Shown here: positions 1 through 6,039 of the stretch, in pieces
Layout: every line of letters begins with the position of its first letter
How positions within the stretch are numbered: position 1 is the first letter of the stretch
Source of the DNA: Octopus sinensis
Taxonomy: Eukaryota
Direction: 5' to 3'
Length of the DNA stretch: 6,039 nt
Assembly (NCBI RefSeq): GCF_006345805.1
Contig: NW_021829502.1
Span: 1-6,039, forward strand
Position numbers and translations under genes: made by a program
Notes under the pieces: model-generated
Databases searched by the model: none
What the model saw: the letters and a program-made list of their open reading frames with translations, nothing else
What the model was told of the DNA's origin: nothing

Positions 1-60
1 CTGGATGCGTTACGGTATTTGTTCCCCACCCCTATGCGCTCCGAGTTCATATCCTGTTGC
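1..60 (+). mobile_element. Degenerate tRNA-derived SINE head fragment, probably truncated by the window edge
   Basis: B-box-like GAGTTCATATCC at 43-54 (consensus GGTTCRANYCC), preceded by TGCGTTACGGTATTTGTTCC. This resembles my recollection of an abundant octopus SINE head (...TGCTTAGCGGTATTT...CTGAGTTCAAATCCC). The family match is recall only, and no A box lies inside the window. Confidence 0.4.
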
Positions 61-387
61 GACCTGTTTAGATATAGACTTAACCCATTTCCCGCTTTAA
101 ATTAAATTCAGTATAGACACTCAAACAGGTTGCCTGTTTGACATTACCTATTTCCTTCAGTCACCGAGGTCCTCTAAAACGCCTTTTAATCTTGAATAAA
201 TTAAATATATAAAACCATCAAAGACACTGCCGACCCTCTCGCTTCTCTTAATCTTGTCTTCCATATAGAATTCACATTTTCCAAAACAAGAAATGAATAC
301 TACGCTCTTTACTTCCAACCCAAAATGTATCCACTTTTTTTTTTTAATTTTCATTCCATGCTTTCCCTGCAATCATCATTTTTGGAA

Positions 388-840
388 CTATTCATAAAGA
401 ATAATAACTGTTTCGGTGTCATCAATCTTGGAGGAACGACGAAGAAACGCAATGAGTTGACCACCATGAAGAACAAACCAATAAAAAGGAAAATTTAAAT
501 TGCGTCCTCTATCTGAATAGTTCTTGAATATGTTTCCGATTCGTTCCTTGGTTCCCTCTTTGTCTTTTTTTATGTAAACGAAATTTTCATTTAGATGATA
601 AACTGTTAGATGTGCTTCCTACGTTCACGAGATAGATGCAAAATTTTTCTATCTCTGGAAAGTTGGAATATTGCGTTTAATTGAACTCAATATTTGATTT
701 ATTGAACCACAGCGTAAGCGTAAAATACATATTAAATCTACAGTGGCTTCAATAAAAGGTACTGCATTTTGGACAGCCTGAACCAGTTCTTAGATTCAAT
801 TACTGTAGCAGCCATTTATATTCCTTGACAGAATTTCCAT
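388..840 (-). pseudogene. Possible heavily decayed LINE ORF2 APE-type endonuclease relic
   Basis: One minus frame reads MEILSRNING (840-811), VDLICI (741-724), NENFVYIKKDKEG (591-553) and VIILYE* (408-388), in the order expected for L1/Tx1-type APE motifs. It has five internal stops and lacks the catalytic QET, YAP and GDFN residues. Confidence 0.25.
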
Positions 841-1217
841 GACGTATTCACTATAGTTTGTATTTGGATCTGAGATTAAATCTAACTCAAAACCTGAACT
901 GAAATCTTAAATTTTCCATGTAGACATTTTGGATTTTGGTTTGTAATCTTTAGTTTCTTACTCGAAATAAAAAAAAATATTCCACAGACTGATTCAATCC
1001 ACTATGCGCTCATCCAAAATAGGTGCCCTAAGGTGGATATACTCTACAACAATGTTTCAATTAGCAGATAAAGTGGTGACGCCTGTCTCTTTTCAACTAC
1101 GTACTACACTTCTCAAACTGAATTTGGCGAAAAATAAATCAATATTTTATTTCCCGTGTGACAAACAAAATCAGTTACTTGACCTTTTTCTTATGTCTGT
1201 CAACGGATAGTTAATAT

Positions 1218-1267
1218 AATTGAATTCGCAAGACGAGGGATGTAAGATGCTAGGATTTTGTCCAAGC
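1218..1267 (-). mobile_element. Possible highly degenerate SINE head fragment
   Basis: Minus strand reads GCTTGGACAAAATCCTAGCATC...GAATTCAATT, loosely like the recalled octopus SINE head (GGACAAAATGC...GAGTTCAAATT). The match is short and imperfect. Confidence 0.2.
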
Positions 1268-1593
1268 TTTCTCAAGTGAATGGTAAAGTAATTTGAAATA
1301 AAGCATCGCACCACTTGATCGAGGATTCAACTTGCCTTGAACTCGCGTTCTACCCTACGGCGATCGCACATACGAATCTTGATTCAATAAGTAAAAATGG
1401 TTTCCGCGGAAAACATTAATTCAAGTAAGTGGCTTCTTTTTACCTCGGGTCATATAACATAGTGACTTACCTAAATGTTATTTCGAATAGTAAAATAATG
1501 GTATTCTAGAAAAGCTATGCAGGAATATGATTGCTAGGTATATATTTACTTTTCGGTAATACAGCGCAATACTTTCTAAAGGAAGAGAAAAGA

Positions 1594-1624
<31 letters not shown>

Positions 1625-1628
1625 TATA

Positions 1629-1678
<50 letters not shown>

Positions 1679-1687
1679 ATTATTATA
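1594..1687. repeat. Interrupted (TA)n microsatellite grading into (TAT)n
   Basis: Directly visible dinucleotide run with a few interruptions (G, C, TT), followed by TATTATTATTAT. Confidence 0.98.
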
Positions 1688-2134
1688 AATACGTTGATGA
1701 TAACTTCGGAACGGAGGCGGTCAAAGTAAATATCTATATTCGAGAGAGAGCAAGACATTAAGGTGATCAGATTGAGTGCTTGTACATGAGCAGAATTTAA
1801 TAACGGAAAGAGAAAAATTAGAAAAATAGACAAGCTATATAATACAGCTATCGTCAAGTAGAAAATGCTGAAGCAAAGAGATAGCGTTATTAGATATTTT
1901 ACGACGATATTCAAATTCTCACTTTTACTTCCAGATACTTATTGGTGCATACGATTAGTTTTTTGGGGTTTTTTTTTTCTTAATCCAGAGGACACAATCT
2001 TTTGATATCAAAACGTATTAAAAGGGACAGCAAGGGTTATAACCCGCACCGAAGATGTCCACTAATATGATTAAATTTAAACCGGTTTGCGTTGGCTGCA
2101 TAAATCATAATATAAATACATAATCCCTGCGTGT

Positions 2135-2150
2135 GGATGGATGGATGGAC
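2135..2150. repeat. Short (GGAT)n microsatellite
   Basis: GGATGGATGGATGGAC. Confidence 0.85.
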
Positions 2151-2185
2151 GGTTGACAGACTTAGAGAAAGACAGATAGAATGAA

Positions 2186-2250
2186 ATATATATATATAAA
2201 GAGAGAGAGAGTGAGAAAGAGAGAGAGTGAGAAAGAGAGAGAGTGAGAAA
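2186..2250. repeat. Compound repeat: (AT)n followed by three exact copies of the 16-mer GAGAGAGAGTGAGAAA
   Basis: (AT)n at 2186-2198; 16-mer copies at 2203-2218, 2219-2234 and 2235-2250. Confidence 0.95.
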
Positions 2251-2274
2251 GAAGAGGGAGGGAAAGTGGTTGAC

Positions 2275-2290
2275 ATATATATATATATAT
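2275..2290. repeat. (AT)8 microsatellite
   Basis: Perfect alternating AT run. Confidence 0.95.
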
Positions 2291-2394
2291 TATCTACGGT
2301 TTAAGTAATTGAGATTCAAGTGAGTTCTAATGAATTCACATGAATATGGTCCTTAACTAGGATGCACCGGAATTTATTTGGTGTTAACCAACCC

Positions 2395-2397
<3 letters not shown>

Positions 2398-2479
<82 letters not shown>

Positions 2480-2529
2480 GTATGTATATATATACATAAC
2501 AGAGAGAGAGAGTGAGAGTGAGAGAGAGT
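2398..2529. repeat. Compound microsatellite: interrupted (TA)n followed by (GA)n/(GAGT)
   Basis: Perfect TA alternation at 2398-2440, interrupted TA/TATG to about 2494, then AGAGAGAGAGAGTGAGAGTGAGAGAGAGT at 2501-2529. Confidence 0.97.
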
Positions 2530-2537
2530 AAAATACG

Positions 2538-2682
2538 TAGGATAAGTGGGTAGATAGAAAGGAAGGGAATAGAGAGGCACGTAGGCAAGGATATGGTAGA
2601 GAGGCAGATAGGTTGTTGGATGGATTGATGGATGGGTGGATGGATCGATGGAGGGAGGGATGCAAGAATGAATGGATGGATT
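2538..2682. repeat. Degenerate purine-rich tetranucleotide repeat (GATA/GGAT/GGAG/GAAT)
   Basis: Recurrent GGAT, GATG, AGAT and GGAG units with many substitutions. This tract explains the His/Pro/Ser-rich minus-strand ORFs. Confidence 0.8.
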
Positions 2683-2982
2683 AGCACTTTTGAAGGATAT
2701 CCAAAATGCATGAAGGAGCACACTTATAAACATTGATGTATTTATGAAGAATGCGTGAAATGCTTTTGCCGCCAGGCCCAGTCTCTTTTACTCTTCTACT
2801 CTTTTACATGTTTCAGTCATTTGACTGCGGCCATGCTGGAGCACAGCCTTTAGTCAAGCAAGTCGACCCGAGGACTTATTCTTTGTAAGCCCAGTACTTA
2901 TTCTATCGGTCTCTTTTTGCCGAACCGCTAAGTGACGGGGACGTAAACACACCAGCATCGGTTGTCAAGCAATGCTAAGGGG

Positions 2983-3037
2983 ACAAACACAGACACACAA
3001 ACACATACACAAACATACATACATATATATATATATA
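2983..3037. repeat. (CA)/(CATA)/(TA) microsatellite inside the SINE body
   Basis: ACAAACACAGACACACAAACACATACACAAACATACATACATATATATATATATA, lying between the two SINE body segments. Confidence 0.9.
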
Positions 3038-3136
3038 CGACAGGCTTCTTTCAGTTTCCGTCTACCAAATCCACTCACAAGGCATTGGTTGACCCGGAGC
3101 TATAGCAGAAGACACTTGCCCAAGATGCCACGCAGT

Positions 3137-3190
3137 GGGACTGAACCCGGAACCAGGGGGTTGGTTAGCAAGCTACTGACCACACAGCCA
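3137..3190 (-). promoter_or_regulatory. Internal RNA polymerase III type-2 promoter (A and B boxes) of the SINE
   Basis: TGGCTGTGTGG (A-box consensus TRGCNNAGYGG) and GGTTCAGTCCC (B-box consensus GGTTCRANYCC), separated by 32 nt, which is tRNA-like spacing. Activity is unknown. Confidence 0.65.
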
Positions 3191-3296
3191 CTCCTGCGCA
3201 AGTGTATATACATTTGTTGAAATGCCACTAATTTATGTATTACCAACACCCTGCTTGTGCTTTACTACACACACATACACAATGACTAACCCAACC

Positions 3297-3353
3297 ATTC
3301 TTTTATTCTTTTACTTGTTTGTCATTTGTCTCCGACCATGCTGGAGCACCGCC
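3297..3353 (-). mobile_element. Isolated 3' terminus of the same SINE/LINE family (severely 5'-truncated insertion)
   Basis: 3308-3353 aligns to 2801-2848 at 41 of 48 columns (5 mismatches, one 2-nt gap) by hand, including an identical CCATGCTGGAGCAC. It ends in an (AAAAGAAT)2 tail. Confidence 0.8.
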
Positions 3354-3379
3354 ATACATATATTTTTACCTTTCATTTT

Positions 3380-3530
3380 TTTTACGTCTCATCTTCTGCT
3401 CCTTCTGTTTCTCCTCCTCCTCTTCCTTCTCCTTCTCCTCCCTCTACCCATATTCTTCTACCTATTCCTTTACCGTCATCGTCTTCTACTTTTCCTCCTC
3501 CTTTGTCATACGTTTCTTCTTCTCCTCGTC
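3380..3530. repeat. Pyrimidine-rich low-complexity tract, degenerate (CTT/CCT)n
   Basis: Runs of CTT, CCT and TCT with scattered substitutions. This tract produces the poly-Leu, poly-Ser/Phe and poly-Pro/Ser ORFs in all three plus frames. Confidence 0.85.
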
Positions 3531-4766
3531 CTTGGGGGTGGGGTTGACTTTCATAGGAAACAACTTTAAACTTTTGTTAATCTTACCAGAATTCATCGTA
3601 TATTTTTGATATCAAATGGACCCTTCTTATATCATACTCACCTCGTAAAGAAGGATGCTGTCATACAAACGATACAGGCAGATCTGTCTACGCTACAACT
3701 GGCGTAACTTCGTAGTCATTTTCAATATAAGGATTATATAGATAGATAGAAGTGTATACCGGTTATCAAGACACATTCACGTGCATGTTATTTGATCTTC
3801 GATTATTACATGACTGCTGTTGTCTTATAGAAAATTGTTCAATTGTTTAAGGCATTAAAAAGCCATCTCTTTTTCACGTGGAAAAAGAAACATATCACAC
3901 CTCCTAGCACTATTTACGTTAGCGGAATTCATGCAATTCTGAAAGGTCAATGACATTCTCTCAAGTTTTCTATACGCTAAAATGTAATACTAGATCTTCT
4001 GGAAAACTCTTCCATTTTTTCCTCAAATATCCCCGGATTCCATTGCATCAGAGATTTCATAATTCACCTATTATTAACAAGCCAGCAGCACTTCCTCTCT
4101 CTGTTAAAAACGCAAATTTCATGCCAGATTCAAGCAGTCTCTTATCCACCTACTCGCCAGATCGTGCAATAATCCCTAATATGGGTCCTCTTGAAATATT
4201 TTACTTCCCATCGTTTTTCTTATAGCCATCAACTCGCAGCTGTTCAAGAGCTGCATCGATCTAACCGATATACACCGCCATCTGACTGAAGTATCTTCCA
4301 CAATTAGTCACGAATCGTTAAAGAAGTACATAACGCTTTTTAGTACTTTTAATTTTATTTCTTAATTTTTAATTTTTACCTTTTCCAGAAACTTATCGAT
4401 AAACATTTTTCAATACATATTCTAGAAGAGATGTTTTGATGACAGTTACTACTATAAGGCAATTTTCTCTAAGATATATTTTAAGAATCTCTTTGGTATT
4501 TGATAATTTCATGGCACACTTATCACATAACCTAAAGGATGTAAATTACTCAAAGAACACTTATAAATGAATAGCCACGCCTTCTATCATTTTTAGCGCC
4601 CACTCATCCGGTGGCGGCTGATATTACTTTTTTACATACACTGAGTTTGTAGAAATTTGATTCTAGTTTTCACAAGATTAATGATATAGTTGCGTTTTCG
4701 CGTCGACGAGTATACGACGTTAAGAGTTAACAATGAATGCAATAACTACACACGCACACACCTATA

Positions 4767-4854
<88 letters not shown>
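4767..4854. repeat. Perfect (TATC)22 tetranucleotide microsatellite
   Basis: 88 nt of uninterrupted TATC, counted by hand. Confidence 0.98.
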
Positions 4855-4857
<3 letters not shown>

Positions 4858-4869
4858 ATATATTAATAT

Positions 4870-4913
<44 letters not shown>

Positions 4914-4985
4914 TATATATATATACATATGTATATATATATATATACATATATATACATATATATACAGACATCTATATTATAT

Positions 4986-5016
<31 letters not shown>

Positions 5017-5085
5017 GATACATATATATACAGATATCTATATATATATTATATATATATTATATATATATATATATATTATATA
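4855..5085. repeat. Long interrupted (TA)n tract
   Basis: TA alternation with TT, AA, CA and TG interruptions and embedded ACAGA(C/T)ATCT motifs at 4967 and 5030. Confidence 0.95.
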
Positions 5086-5087
5086 CA

Positions 5088-5107
5088 TAAGGTGGTGCTA
5101 TTAAGTT
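5088..5107 (+). mobile_element. Possible solitary mariner-like terminal inverted repeat fragment
   Basis: TAAGGTGGTGCTATTAAGTT resembles mariner TIR starts as I recall them (e.g. Hsmar1/MADE1 TTAGGTTGGTGCAAAAGT) and abuts a TA tract. No partner TIR is seen in the window. Confidence 0.25.
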
Positions 5108-5155
5108 AGACATGGCCTGGGCCAATAATGGCCGAAACCTATCAAAGTATCAAAG

Positions 5156-5213
5156 TATATATACAGACATCTATATATATATATATATTATATATATATA
5201 TTATATACAGACA

Positions 5214-5248
<35 letters not shown>

Positions 5249-5284
5249 GTATATACGACATCTATATATATATATATGCATATA
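5156..5284. repeat. Interrupted (TA)n tract
   Basis: TA alternation with ACAGACATCT motifs at 5163 and 5207 and the variant ACGACATCT at 5255. Confidence 0.95.
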
Positions 5285-5340
5285 TTTACACATGCATGAG
5301 CTTATACACGCACGTTCGCACACACACTTACACAGGGGTC

Positions 5341-5370
5341 ATCGTGTTACAGCGTGGATGTTACGGTATT
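5341..5370 (+). mobile_element. Possible degenerate SINE head fragment related to 1-60
   Basis: ATCGTGTTACAGCGTGGATGTTACGGTATT shares TGGATG and GTTACGGTATT with positions 2-19. No B box follows. Confidence 0.2.
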
Positions 5371-6039
5371 CCGTAACTCAAAGTTATCTGCTCTGTCCTT
5401 AGACCCTCTTTCGATGGCGATAGATCATAGGAACGATACTTCGTGCATCGTATATCGTCGTTTCGTTTACGCCTGGTTTGTGTTGCTTAGCAAGATGGTT
5501 CTCTATAATCTTCCCGTTTTTTTTTCGAGATTCGCATTTAATATGGCTTGATAGCTCTCCTAAAGATGAAAATTTAAAACCTGTTTTCTATATTACGCGT
5601 ACCCAGAAATTAATTCTGATGTATAGTACAAGGCATCTTTTGTTCGGTGAAGAAAAGCAATTCTCATTATTGCAGGTGACAGCTAATTGCATAAATGATA
5701 GTACTTACTGCTGAATCATAATATGGAACAATTGACATCAGAATTGCCAAAATGATGATCTTTGAAGTATCGAATATGACATCATTATACTGTGTGGATT
5801 CTTTTCTTTACGAATGTTGTGGCATATTGCAGCCTAACGTCTAGATTATTGTGTGTTTTACAAGGACTAACAATGTAGATTAGTTAGTCAGCGATACAAT
5901 TTTACATAGATTACCAAGAAACATAACTCTTTATCTTAGCAGTCGATGTTACCTTCTCTGCCAAAATTATATGTCTGATTCCCCATGATATTCGTTTTCT
6001 GAATTCTTGGGGATTTTAGATTCTGTAGTCCACCTACAA

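Larger units (their letters stand above)
2783..3199 (-). mobile_element. Near full-length tRNA-derived SINE with CORE-like domain and LINE-type 3' end (octopus-type)
   Basis: Minus strand, 5' to 3': GCGCAGGAGTGGCTGTGTGG head; A box 3190-3180; B box GGTTCAGTCCC 3147-3137; TGGCATCTTGGGCAAGTGTCTTCT at 3130-3107, resembling the CORE motif of MIR-type SINEs (GTGACCTTGGGCAAGTCACTT); internal TA/TG microsatellite; 3' end GTGCTCCAGCATGGCCGCAGTCAAATGACTGAAAC; and a tandem AAAAGAGT-like tail. The 3' end recurs at 3297-3353. No target-site duplication is seen. Confidence 0.85.

Noticed and set aside
157-372. 71-aa minus-strand ORF (MQGKHGMKIKKKKW...)
   Set aside because: No recognisable domain, the poly-Lys comes from a T homopolymer, and the length is expected by chance.
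629-655. GAGATAGA/TCTATCTC 8-bp inverted repeat
   Set aside because: Short, made of GATA-like simple sequence, and without supporting context.
32-1011. CTATGCGCTC direct repeat at 32-41 and 1002-1011
   Set aside because: A single 10-mer match is expected by chance in 6 kb and the flanks do not extend.
1004-1210. 68-aa plus-strand ORF
   Set aside because: No motif, no supporting splice or promoter context, and chance length.
1531-1914. ORFs 1531-1761 (+) and 1630-1914 (-), the latter hydrophobic and membrane-like
   Set aside because: Both run through the (TA)n tract (YI repeats); the hydrophobicity reflects a T-rich strand.
1916-1934. Plus-strand splice-acceptor-like TTCTCACTTTTACTTCCAG
   Set aside because: No convincing exon or donor follows, and isolated acceptors are common in AT-rich DNA.
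2151-2275. GGTTGACA direct repeat (2151-2158 and 2268-2275) as a possible 8-bp hAT target-site duplication
   Set aside because: The enclosed DNA is simple repeat with no terminal inverted repeats, and GGTTGAC also occurs elsewhere in the window.
2037-2733. Four minus-strand ORFs with SL, HPSI and YI repeats
   Set aside because: They are translations of (GA)n, (GGAT)n and (TA)n microsatellites.
3125-3199. Possible tRNA gene
   Set aside because: A and B boxes are present, but there is no closing acceptor stem or clear cloverleaf, and it continues into a SINE body.
2972-3220. 82-aa plus-strand ORF
   Set aside because: Antisense read-through of the SINE and its internal microsatellite.
3222-3609. 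Three overlapping plus-strand ORFs (poly-Leu, poly-Ser/Phe, extensin-like Pro/Ser)
   Set aside because: All three frames are open because the CT-rich low-complexity tract cannot form stop codons.
4733-5402. ORFs with IYLS and YI repeats
   Set aside because: They are translations of (TATC)n and (TA)n.
5412-5460. CpG-rich imperfect hairpin as a possible pre-miRNA
   Set aside because: The stems are only 5-6 bp with a large internal bulge, too weak for a Drosha/Dicer substrate.
5354-5714. 65-aa and 78-aa plus-strand ORFs
   Set aside because: No recognisable family or motif, and they overlap in different frames as chance ORFs do.
5752-5880. Box C motif ATGATGA suggesting a C/D snoRNA
   Set aside because: No CTGA box D or terminal stem lies at a suitable distance downstream.

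Overview
AT-rich, repeat-dense eukaryotic non-coding DNA (intergenic or intronic). I find no intact protein-coding gene, rRNA, tRNA gene or CRISPR array, and the supplied ORFs are mostly read-throughs of microsatellites or low-complexity tracts. The clearest element is a roughly 417-bp tRNA-derived SINE on the minus strand (2783-3199) with Pol III A/B boxes, a CORE-like segment, an internal microsatellite and a LINE-type 3' end with a tandem-repeat tail. A second, isolated copy of the same 3' end lies about 100 bp away (3297-3353). From memory, these repeats and the long (TA)n/(TATC)n/(GA)n tracts resemble octopus (cephalopod) genomic DNA; this is recall, not a database result. Weaker signals are degenerate SINE heads, a possible decayed LINE endonuclease frame (388-840, minus), a mariner-like TIR fragment in a TA tract, and a cryptic ACAGACATCT higher-order repeat. 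I see no convincing new biological system; the findings are modest transposon and repeat archaeology.
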